From: Candidatus Saccharimonadota bacterium
Lineage (GTDB): Bacteria > Patescibacteriota > Gracilibacteria > BD1-5 > UBA2023
Direction of reading: 5' to 3'
Assembly (NCBI GenBank): GCA_963706795.1
Contig: OY970170.1
Location: 870,001-902,000 of the forward strand
Length of the DNA: 32,000 bases
Below are positions 19,598 to 28,523 of this stretch, in pieces. A program made the position numbers and the translations under genes. The stretch's first letter is position 1, and every line of letters begins with the position of its first letter. Under the pieces are notes generated by a model. The model made no database searches, was not told the origin of the DNA, and saw nothing but the letters and a program-made list of their open reading frames with translations.

Positions 19598-20215
19598 ATG
19601 TTATATGGTGTCAGCCATCAGGAGTTTACGGCTCCAATTAAGGGAATCCCTGAGCAAATTGCTCTGCTTAGCGAATCCTTCAAAGAAGAATTTGATCGAA
19701 AGGAAAGCCGAGGTTATGCTGAGTTGTGTATGAAAATACTCACTGGTGAACCATTTCCCTGGGCTCCGCGCGCACCCATTTTTGCTTTTCCTCGATGGCA
19801 GTGCATTGCTGGTACCTACCTTGGTGCGGTGGAGAGAGTGTTTGCAGAGCTCTCAAAACAACATGCTCATTATTCGTTCAGAAACTGTGCCAATGATCAG
19901 GCCTTTGCAAGGCTAGTTCAACCACGTGATCATTGGGAAAACTATGTCCGAAAGAGTCAAAGTGGAAAGCAGGGGAATTCAAAAATCCTCCTCTGGCCTA
20001 TTGATTACATTCAAATGGATAGCGAAGCATCGCCGCGCATTCTTTTTGATAAAGGTGCTGGTCCTCGCTTGAATGCCTTTGAGATGGCGATTATACTCTT
20101 CACACATCCAGAGTTGCTCGTGCGTGATCGTCCTATCAAGATAATTGTACAAGAAGCGCTGAATCCTAGGCCTTTCTACTTTTACTACCATCAAAACGCA
20201 CTCACGTTCAATTAG
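19598..20215 (+). CDS. Hypothetical protein, 205 aa (paralogue 1 of tandem pair)
   Basis: Intact ORF with SD AAAGGAGGA, a TTGACA -35 at 19505-19510, and a TAG-TAA double stop. No internal TGA. Shares motifs with 20435..21034. No family recognised. Confidence 0.6.
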   Translation: MLYGVSHQEFTAPIKGIPEQIALLSESFKEEFDRKESRGYAELCMKILTGEPFPWAPRAPIFAFPRWQCIAGTYLGAVERVFAELSKQHAHYSFRNCANDQAFARLVQPRDHWENYVRKSQSGKQGNSKILLWPIDYIQMDSEASPRILFDKGAGPRLNAFEMAIILFTHPELLVRDRPIKIIVQEALNPRPFYFYYHQNALTFN

Positions 20216-20287
20216 TAATACAAAAACAAAACCCTTCGAATATCCCATCAAACATCTCCCCGTGTTTTGATTGCGAGTTCAATCTTT

Positions 20288-20314
20288 GGAGCGTCTTCGG
20301 GCGCTCCTTTTTTT
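20288..20314 (+). terminator. Intrinsic terminator with C(UUCG)G tetraloop
   Basis: GGAGCGTC-TTCG-GGCGCTCC followed by T7. Confidence 0.75.
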
Positions 20315-20434
20315 GTGGAGGCATAGATTTCGTACTTGTGGTAATTGACAAAATCTCTCTTTCTTTTACGCTACATTTAGCCAATGTTTGAGGGCACATT
20401 TTTTAATACTCAAATACTACAGAAAGGATTAGAT

Positions 20435-21034
20435 ATGAGTGACTTCGTATCTCAACGACAAGAACAACTGGATCAGTTGTTTAAGCTCTACCCAGGAATA
20501 GGTGGATCCGAATCGCAGGTTGCTATGAAGGTGGAATTACCTCCAAAAGAAAAGGTATATCCGTCAGCTACGGCAGAGTATTTTGCACTGCCATGCAGTA
20601 ACGGCTTTGCAAAAAAATATTCTGAGGCGGTAGGTATCGTGCTCGGAGATCTTGCTGAGCAGCAGGGGACCCGGTTTGAGAACTTTTGTTCTCATCTGAT
20701 CGTTTCTGATGAAATTTTTGTCAGAAACGTACTGACCGCCTACGGCATTGCAGATTTGCGCAATGCACAAAAAACAAAAATCCCATCTCTCCTCATTGAT
20801 TTTTTGGAGTATCAAGATGGCCTCAAGCCAACATGTATCATGAATTCCGAGCGTCATATTTCGCTTGGTACATTTGAAGTAGCACTGCTCCTGCAATTAC
20901 ATCCTCATCTGCTTTCTCAGTACGAAGGCAAAAAGTTGATTGTATGTGGCGATGCTATTCGGACTCACGGTAGTCCGCATGTGATGTATTTTTATTACTC
21001 CAATGGCAAGCTCACGCTTAATTTGGACGAATAA
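20435..21034 (+). CDS. Hypothetical protein, 199 aa (paralogue 2 of tandem pair)
   Basis: Start taken at the Met preceded by ACAGAAAGGATTAGAT (the same SD context as paralogue 1). TTGACA at 20345-20350; TAA stop; no internal TGA. Confidence 0.6.
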   Translation: MSDFVSQRQEQLDQLFKLYPGIGGSESQVAMKVELPPKEKVYPSATAEYFALPCSNGFAKKYSEAVGIVLGDLAEQQGTRFENFCSHLIVSDEIFVRNVLTAYGIADLRNAQKTKIPSLLIDFLEYQDGLKPTCIMNSERHISLGTFEVALLLQLHPHLLSQYEGKKLIVCGDAIRTHGSPHVMYFYYSNGKLTLNLDE

Positions 21035-21082
21035 TCTGATAATGTGTTCATATTCTGAATCGCATTGTCATGTATTTGATAC

Positions 21083-21108
21083 AGGGCGTCTTCGGACGCT
21101 CTTTTTTT
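21083..21108 (+). terminator. Intrinsic terminator with C(UUCG)G tetraloop, homologous to 20288..20314
   Basis: AGGGCGTC-TTCG-GACGCTCT followed by a T run. Confidence 0.75.
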
Positions 21109-21193
21109 GTCTCATTTTTGGCATAAACATGATTCGGAAATAGGGAAGAATTTTCTCAAAACCCCGCTTGAAAAAGAGATTGTTTCGCCTATC

Positions 21194-21754
21194 ATGACGC
21201 CCATGACCGACTCCCTTCTTCGATATATTCACGAAATCGAAACCCTCAAAACATCTGGTGCCTACCTCGAGGCGAAAAAGCTCGTTGATTCTCTTCTTTT
21301 AGAATTCACCGATGACTATCGACTCTATGAGGAGCTTGCGGATATTTACCTCTACCAGGGCAATCTCACTGCAGCCGAATCCTCAATGCGCATAGCACAG
21401 GATCTCAATGCGGATTCTGCTACAGGTATGTATTTAATGGGCTATATTGCAGTATCACGTGGTGAATTCGACCGTGGAATAGACCTCCTTGGACGCGCGA
21501 ATTCTAATTTTCCAAATAATCCCGAAATCCTCCGTAATCTCGGTTGGGCATATACGGTAACAGGGAATGGTGATAAGGGTATCTTCCTTCTCAAACGTGC
21601 TCTCAATCTCGCACCTGAGGATGTCCTCATTATGGAAGACCTCTGAGTCGCACTCCTCTCTGATGGACGCGAACTTGCCGAAGGAGAAGAGCTTCTTCGC
21701 AAGGCTGGTAAGGAATACCGCATTCCAGAAATTCGAGCACTCATGCATATCTAA
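21194..21754 (+). CDS. TPR repeat protein, about 186 aa
   Basis: Repeated A/Y/L-patterned helices (YLEAKKLVDSLL, LADIYLYQGNLTAAE, GMYLMGYIAVSRGEFDRGIDLL, LRNLGWAYTVTGNGDKGIFLLKRAL). The frame reads through TGA 21644 to TAA 21752. Start is uncertain (ATG 21194 or 21203); the track TTG at 21107 lies inside the preceding terminator. Confidence 0.6.
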
Positions 21755-21757
21755 TTC

Positions 21758-22951
21758 ATGGGATTCAGCATTCGAACGCTCTCAGAGTATGACCGCTTTT
21801 TTGTGGTAGACATTGGATCTTCACGTGTGAAGGTTCTTTTGTGTGAGCTTGCTAATGGTGAACTCAAAATCCTCGGAAAAGCATCAACGCGCCAGAGTAA
21901 AAAACTCACGATCGATGGCGAGATTGCTGATCTGCGCTGAGTTTCTGAATCCGTTCGCAAGACTGTTCTCAAGCTTTCACAGTCGCATGAAGGCACAGTT
22001 GAGGATATTATATTCTCGATCCAATCAGGTTCGATGCTCACGGATACGCTCTCGATGAACTACGTTCGTGAAAGTGCGAGTACACCACTCGACATGGAGG
22101 AAATCGACCGAATGATCGGCAAAATCGAAAACAAATCCCTCGAGCGTGCGAAGCCTCGGATTCTCTCGCGCGTCTTCGAATCCGAAGGCCAAATGAAACT
22201 CGTTACTACCGCGCTTACTTCGATCGTCATTGATGGCAAAAAAGTAAGTAATCCTATTGGATTTACTGGTACGAATGTCAGTCTCACGGTCTGTAATGTA
22301 TTTTTGCCAGTCAGCACCTTTTTGCTCTATTCGAGTATTGTGCGTGATCTCGACAAAAAGCTCATCTCATTTGTGCCGACTTCGATCGCACTTCCAAAAG
22401 CTCAGGAAGCTTCTCTCGAGCTCTTTGATCCGAATTGTTTTGTAGATATTGGTTCGGCTCGCACGACCGTGGTTCTTGAGAACTATTCAGAAATCCTCGG
22501 ATCGGTGGTGATCCCTTTTGGGTCAGCGCTTTTTGAGCGAATATTTGCCAGCAAAAACCCTACACTCTCACATCTCGAGATCGAAAATCGCATCATCGCA
22601 GCTGATCCCGAAGATGCTTCATACAAACGCTCTCAGGATGAATTTCTCGATCTACTCGTTGAAGCTGTTGTGGTCGCACTTCGTGATATTGCTCCAGATT
22701 TTTTGGTACGAAATGTATATTTCTCGGGAGCGATCAGTACTGAGCTCTTCATTGAGGCTTTCATGGCAATGTTCAAATCAAAGCTCCCACATATGAATCT
22801 CAAGGGAATTCCTCTGATTCCTTCTGCCGAAAATCTTCCTGCCGAATACGGAGTGGCCTATGCGCTCACAAAAACCGCCGAAGAACTCGTTCGTCAAAAA
22901 CGTGATCCGATTGCCCGCATCCTCCGATACGTAATCTACCGATATGAATAG
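21758..22951 (+). CDS. ftsA: Cell division protein FtsA-like actin-family ATPase, 397 aa
   Basis: ORFs 21758..21940 and 22034..22951 share one frame and join via TGA 21938. Phosphate-1 FVVDIGSSRVKVL and phosphate-2 VDIGSARTTV. Confidence 0.7.
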
Positions 22952-24590
22952 AGATGCTCGCCTTGTTATAGACAATCGCCTCGATATTGCCGAAATCATG
23001 GCCATGATTTCGGGTGTTTCTGAGTCGATTGTTACGCTCGAGCTCGTAGGACATACTGCGCTTCATCAGTATTTTTCACTCAAGTTCCTCCTCTCTCGAT
23101 TTCCGAGCAAAAAATTCCAGATTGTTTCGAGCGACAAAGATTTGAGACGAATTGGCGAAGGACTTGGAATTCGATTTTTTTCAAAGAGCGATAATATCGA
23201 GTTCGAAGAATCCTACTCCAAAGAGCATATTCTGCGCCACAACTTTACGTTTTTTGAGTATTTCCTCTACGAAATCCGCAAAGTGGTCTATCGCATGGCC
23301 TACATGTTCGAAAAGAAGCGTTCGCGACATCACACATATAAAAATGCTTCGTTTCTTGCGGATTCGAATGTCTTTTTGCTCTTTGCTGGACTTGTGCTCT
23401 CGATCTCGCTTTTGATATTTATATTCTATTTTGCGGTTTCTAAGACTTACGTCTCGATTACCCCAGACTTTGTAGTCAAGACCGTATCGCAAAATCTCAT
23501 TTTTCAAGAGAGTGATTATCAGTCAGTTCTCGATACGCGTGCGATTGTCCCAGTTCGCAAGGTCGAACACACTGCAAGCATCGATTTTGCCTTTAATGTC
23601 TCGACATTTGATCTCGCGAGTGTGCGTGCTGCAAAGTGATCGGTCGAAGTCTTCAATGAGCTCCCAAATGAGCAAGTTTTCCGTCCGAATACCCGTTTTG
23701 TGACACAGGATGGCCTCGTGTATCGCTCACAAGAATGGATTAAAATCCCAGCAATACGAAGTGATTCTGGAGCGGTAAATATTGGACGAACGACCTCGAC
23801 GCTTATAGCTGATGGCTACGATACCAAGGGCGAACTTATCGGAGTTCGTGGGAATATTCCTGAAGCGACACTGCTTGATATTCCTGGTCTCAAATTTAAT
23901 CGCGACAAGATCTACGCAAAAGTCTCAAAAGGCTTTACTGGTGGACAAAATCCAACGGTACATGTACTGACGGAAGACGAACTCAAAAAATTTAAGGCTA
24001 TTCTCGTTGATAAACTTCGATCTGCCGCGCTCGATGGACTCAAAGACGACCTCGCAAAATCCAATGCCGAATCTGGCAAAAATTTTGATATCCTCGATAT
24101 TCCTGAAAATATCCGCTACTCTGAGCCGGTGATTGAGATTGCAAATGGCGTAAAGGTGGGTGACAAGATCACGGATGTTACGCTCAAGGGTAATCTCAAG
24201 GTAACAACCTACCTCTTTGATCGAGCAGCTGCACTGAGTATTCTTCGTAATCTTATGAATGAGAAGCTCCTCTACGGTACCGAAAAGCTCCATGAGATAC
24301 TCAATGATTCTCTCAAGATCACCAATATTATCAATCGCACCGAGACTCCGCAATTTGCGCTCAAGGGTACAACTGATCTCTCTGCGACGATCTCCTATAA
24401 TTTTGAGGATTCGAGCAATAATCTCACAAAAAAGCTCAAAAATCTCATTGCCGGTCTCTCTATCGATGGCGCAACTTCGGTGCTGCTCAATGACAACAAT
24501 ATTGCAAAGGTAAAGATCCGCCTTTCACCATTCTGGCTGACGCATGTATCGTCGAGTCCTGATAACATCGACTTTATTATTGAGAAGTAA
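22944..24590 (+). CDS. Hypothetical bitopic membrane protein, 548 aa, translationally coupled to ftsA
   Basis: ATG overlaps the ftsA stop by 8 nt (ATGAATAG). ORFs 22944..23639 and 23700..24590 share one frame and join via TGA 23637. Single TM VFLLFAGLVLSISLLIFIFYFAV, with a large C-terminal domain. Confidence 0.6.
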
Positions 24591-24594
24591 CCTC

Positions 24595-25572
24595 ATGTAC
24601 TTCCTCGCTTTTGAAACCTCGTGTGACGATACTTCGGTTGCCCTCTTTGATGGTCCGAAGCTCATTACAATGAGTACAAAAGGACAACTCAAAGAACACA
24701 ATGAGACACAATGAGTCGTCCCTGAAGTTGCTGCCCGCCTCCATGCAAACGCGATTTTTGAAGTACTCGAAGAAGTTCTCCAAAAATGAAATGTCGAACT
24801 CTCTGATATCGAATTCATAGCCTGTACCAGACAGCCAGGGCTTCTCCCATCTCTTTTGGTAGGGCGCACGGTCGCAAAGACACTTGCTCATACTCTTGGT
24901 AAAGAAGTGCTCTGGATTGATCACATTGAATCCCATATTTTTGCAAATCTCCTCGAACGAGATCTCTCAGACATAGCATTTCCAATCGTCTGCCTCACGG
25001 TTTCTGGCGGGCACAATGAGCTCTATTTCTGGAAGAGTCTCTTTGAATTAGAGCTCCTTGGTCAAACTCGCGACGATGCAGCAGGGGAGGCCTTCGACAA
25101 GATCTCAAAAGCCATGGGAATGAGTTTCCCAGGCGGACCTGAGATTGCAAAGCTTGCGAGCGAGTGGCAGAGACAATATGCTGGCATGTTCCCAATCGCA
25201 CTACTCGATGAGGGGAGTCTCGATTTTTCGTTTTCTGGACTCAAAAGCGCAGTCAAGCGAGAGATTGATGTACGGATAGCACTTCGATCAGAGCTGACGC
25301 TTGATGACAAGCGAGAGATTGCCTACGAGTTTGAACAGGCAGTGGTTCGCACGCTTACGGCAAAGCTCTTTCGGGCTGCAAAATCCAAAGGGGTAAATAC
25401 TGTTTTGCTTGCAGGATGAGTCAGTGCGAATGATGTGCTTCGGTCGCAGATCGCACTCGAGGCGCAAAAACTCGGAATGCATTTTGTTTCTCCTGTGAGT
25501 AAACTCTATAGCATGGATAATGCGGCCATGGTTGGAATGCGTGCCTACTACGAATGGAAGCGCTTTCATTAA
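24595..25572 (+). CDS. tsaD: tRNA N6-adenosine threonylcarbamoyltransferase TsaD (Kae1/Gcp), 325 aa
   Basis: MYFLAFETSCDDTSVAL; Q[TGA]VVPEVAARLH (conserved GGVVPE); SGGHNELY; LAG[TGA]VSAN. TGA at 24712, 24787 and 25417; TAA stop at 25570. Confidence 0.9.
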
Positions 25573-25683
25573 AAAACTCGTCCAATTTAAAGTTCATTAA
25601 AGTTTAGAAGGCTCCTGCGAGCAAATTGCGTTTGAAATACATAAAAAACCGTATACTCTACCGCGTTATTTCTAACTCACATT

Positions 25684-26646
25684 ATGGAAAAGAAACAAAA
25701 CCAATCAGAAGGAATGGGATCAGATATGCAGAATCGCTGCGCGTCATACTGCCGCTCTTCGTTCTCTTCACTCATGATCGCTATCATGATCCTCAATCTC
25801 ATCGCTACTGCTGGACTCGCTTACGCGATGTATGACTACAAGACTTCTGGTATTAAGGCTGCCGAAGCAAGCGCTAAAACAGCTATGCTCCAAGTCGAAT
25901 ACGATCGCTCAGGAGGCAAAGAAATCTACGACCTCATTACTCAGGTACAAAAACTCTCTGCTCCACAAACAAAGCAGCAGATCGAAGCAGCTATTAAGCA
26001 ATTAGGTGGTACTACTGCTCCTACAACTACAGATGGTTCGGCTACTACACCTCCATCTACCTCCTCTACTGATCTCACAGCTGACCAGTATGCTGCAATC
26101 ATGAAGGATTCATATGCAGAAGGAAACAAGAGCGCCAAGATTACTCTCGTCGAATATTCTGACCTCGAGTGTCCGTACTGTATTATCCAATACAAGAACA
26201 AGACGATTTCAAAGCTTCAAGAAAAATACGGAGACAAGGTCAATGTCATCTACAAGCCTCTCAATCTCGCCCGTCATCCAGGTGCAGATCAGAAGGGTAT
26301 GGCTTCGCTCTGTGTAGCACAGATCGCCGGTGCTGAAAAATATTCTAAGTTCTACAATGCTATCCTCGATCGTTCAAATGAGCGTGGACCAGTATTCCCA
26401 CTCGATAATATCAAGGCTCTCGCCAAAGAAATCGGTGGTATTGATGCTACAAAGTTCGCCGCATGTTACGATGGTCAGAAGACTAAGTCTGTCTATGAGT
26501 CATACACTGCCGAAGCTCTCGCCCGTGGTGTTGAAGGAACTCCTACAATCATGGTCCTCAATAACGAAACAAAGAAATTTGAACTCGTGAAGGGTGCAGC
26601 TGATGTGAGCTCATTCTACCCAGTCGTTGATCGCCTCATGAAATAA
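25684..26646 (+). CDS. DsbA-family thiol:disulfide oxidoreductase, membrane anchored
   Basis: N-terminal TM, a T/S/P-rich linker, and a thioredoxin fold with the CPYC active site (LVEYSDLECPYCIIQY) and GTPTIMV cis-Pro loop region. Confidence 0.75.
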   Translation: MEKKQNQSEGMGSDMQNRCASYCRSSFSSLMIAIMILNLIATAGLAYAMYDYKTSGIKAAEASAKTAMLQVEYDRSGGKEIYDLITQVQKLSAPQTKQQIEAAIKQLGGTTAPTTTDGSATTPPSTSSTDLTADQYAAIMKDSYAEGNKSAKITLVEYSDLECPYCIIQYKNKTISKLQEKYGDKVNVIYKPLNLARHPGADQKGMASLCVAQIAGAEKYSKFYNAILDRSNERGPVFPLDNIKALAKEIGGIDATKFAACYDGQKTKSVYESYTAEALARGVEGTPTIMVLNNETKKFELVKGAADVSSFYPVVDRLMK

Positions 26647-26661
26647 TCCATTTTGGATAGT

Positions 26662-26696
26662 CCTCCCAAGCTCGCAAGAGCGAAGGAGGGTTTTTT
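26662..26696 (+). terminator. Terminator hairpin after the DsbA-like gene; left inverted repeat of the thyA cassette
   Basis: CCTCC-CAA-GCTC-GCAA-GAGC-GAA-GGAGG plus T6. It is 26/29 identical to the reverse complement of 27799..27828. Confidence 0.7.
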
Positions 26697-26713
26697 AATG
26701 GAAATCGGTACAG

Positions 26714-26740
26714 TTGACATTACGTATTATTACGTATAGT
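26714..26740 (+). promoter_or_regulatory. thyA promoter (TTGACA-15-TATAGT) with two ATTACGTAT direct repeats in the spacer
   Basis: -35 at 26714-26719; -10 at 26735-26740. ATTACGTAT occurs at 26719-26727 and 26729-26737 (10-bp phasing), and each copy contains the palindrome TACGTA. Confidence 0.45.
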
Positions 26741-26834
26741 TCATGACAACTATACCGATTCGGTGGTTTCGATTATTCGGGGCGGATAGCATGTTCTTTA
26801 AATTCAACGATTCTTTTTTCTTTAGGAGGCCATC

Positions 26835-27767
26835 ATGGGTCAACCAACCGCAGAAGTTCAAAAACTGATCGATGCAGCAAAAGCGAGTGAGTATGCAGGC
26901 TATTACGCACATCCAGAATCATGGGGGGATGAGAATCATTTTATTCTTAGTCCTGATAATGAATCATTTGTGGATATGGAATACTGCAAGCTTCAAACGC
27001 ATGTTCTCAATACCGGTACATATAAAGCTGATCGTACTGGCACGGGCACGCTGTCTGTGTTTGGCTATCAGATGCGCCTTGATCTGGACAAAGGTTTCCC
27101 TCTGCTGACGACCAAAAAAGTGCATCTGAAATCTATTGTCCACGAGCTCATTTGGTTTTTGGCGGGTTCTACCAATATCAAATACCTCAAGGATAACGGC
27201 GTCTCCATCTGGGATGAATGGGCTGATGAAAATGGTGATCTGGGGCCGGTCTATGGTTCTCAGTGGCGCAATTGGCCAACACCAGGCGGTGGACATATCG
27301 ATCAAATCAAACAAGTGATCGACCAAATCCGCAATAATCCTGATTCGCGCCGTCTGATAGTTTCAGCATGGAATGTTGCTGATATTCCACAAATGAAACT
27401 GCCACCATGTCATGCGTTATTTCAGTTTTACGTCGCAGATGGCAAGTTGTCGTGTCAGCTGTATCAACGCAGTGCTGACGTTTTCCTGGGTGTACCTTTT
27501 AATATTGCATCCTATGCTCTGCTGACGATGATGATTGCAAAAATCTGCAATCTCGAACTCGGCGATTTTATCTGGAACGGTGGCGATGTGCATCTGTATG
27601 TCAATCATCTTGAACAGGTGGCAACACAGCTGGATCGTCTGCCGATTCGGGCACCAAAAATGATCATCAAAGATCGTGGTCAAGATATTTTTGGTTTTCA
27701 ATTCTCCGACTTCATCCTCGAAGACTACGATCCTCATCCTGCCATCAAGGCGACAGTGGCGGTCTGA
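26835..27767 (+). CDS. thyA: Thymidylate synthase ThyA (proteobacterial type) with 47-aa N-terminal extension; ends on TGA
   Basis: [84 protein letters not shown], and C-terminus [10 protein letters not shown]. Strong SD AGGAGG. The stop codon is TGA 27765-27767; under table 25 the frame stays open to TAA 27987-27989. Confidence 0.9.
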   Translation: MGQPTAEVQKLIDAAKASEYAGYYAHPESWGDENHFILSPDNESFVDMEYCKLQTHVLNTGTYKADRTGTGTLSVFGYQMRLDLDKGFPLLTTKKVHLKSIVHELIWFLAGSTNIKYLKDNGVSIWDEWADENGDLGPVYGSQWRNWPTPGGGHIDQIKQVIDQIRNNPDSRRLIVSAWNVADIPQMKLPPCHALFQFYVADGKLSCQLYQRSADVFLGVPFNIASYALLTMMIAKICNLELGDFIWNGGDVHLYVNHLEQVATQLDRLPIRAPKMIIKDRGQDIFGFQFSDFILEDYDPHPAIKATVAV

Positions 27768-27792
27768 AAGAAATGAAAGAATTGTTGTTTTT

Positions 27793-27835
27793 ACAAAACC
27801 CTCCTTTGCTCTTGTGAGCTTCGGAGGGCTTTTTT
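27793..27835. terminator. Bidirectional terminator between thyA and rlmE; right inverted repeat of the thyA cassette
   Basis: ACAAAA-CCCTCC-TTT-GCTC-TTGT-GAGC-TTC-GGAGGG-CTTTTTT. Confidence 0.7.
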
Positions 27836-27846
27836 ATGGTTTATTC

Positions 27847-28470
27847 CTAGTCTTTTTTACCGAGACAGAGGAAATATTCTTCAAAGCTACGATCGCGGCA
27901 GGCTTCTGGTTTGACGCGTTTGAGGTTTTTGTAGCGCTGCATGATGGGAGTGATGAGCTCTTGGATGTCTTCACCAACAAATACTTTAAGCAGGAGATTG
28001 CCGCCTGGCTTCAGCCATTTGTGGGTAAATTCGAGGATGGCAATATTGAGCTCGATTGAGCGATATTGGTCAACTCCCGTGAGCCCCGTCGTATTTGGTG
28101 CGATATCCGAAGTCACTACATCAAATTGCTCAATCTCGAGCTTCTGACAAAATTGTTCAATCTTTGGCGCATCAAAAATATCCCCCTGAAGTACGCGGAT
28201 ATTTTGCTGTCCAAATGGCTTGATCTTTTGGATATCAACTCCAGCGACGACTCCTTCTGGTCCAATAATTTTGGAGATCACTTGGAGGAAGCTACCAGGC
28301 GCGGATGCTACATCGAGAACTTTCATTCCAGGCTCGATGATCTTAAAACGATCCTGGATTTCTATGAGCTTGAATGCGCTGCGTGCTCGGTATCCGAGCT
28401 TCTTCGCTTCAAAAAACCACTTGTCTTGGACAACATATTGTCCTGTACCTTTTTTCTTTTTCGTTGACAC
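27847..28470 (-). CDS. rlmE: 23S rRNA (uridine2552-2'-O)-methyltransferase RlmE/FtsJ
   Basis: 207 aa with a GTG start. Contains RSAFKLIEI, the SAM motif VLDVASAPGSFLQV, and DIAPNTTG. Confidence 0.85.
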   Translation of the reverse strand: MSTKKKKGTGQYVVQDKWFFEAKKLGYRARSAFKLIEIQDRFKIIEPGMKVLDVASAPGSFLQVISKIIGPEGVVAGVDIQKIKPFGQQNIRVLQGDIFDAPKIEQFCQKLEIEQFDVVTSDIAPNTTGLTGVDQYRSIELNIAILEFTHKWLKPGGNLLLKVFVGEDIQELITPIMQRYKNLKRVKPEACRDRSFEEYFLCLGKKD

Positions 28471-28523
28471 GTATCGGAGATTAGTTACTATACCCTGTCT
28501 TTCCCTTACTGTAGCGCAAAGCT

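Noticed and set aside
21107-21193. TTG start giving a 179-aa version of the TPR ORF.
   Set aside because: The TTG lies inside the T-tract of the preceding terminator, and the first 29 codons have no TPR character. An internal ATG (21194 or 21203) is more plausible.
26741-26834. A folate/THF-type riboswitch in the thyA leader.
   Set aside because: I could not recognise the conserved core of any riboswitch class by eye, so only generic short hairpins can be claimed. It is kept as a low-interest note under the promoter finding.
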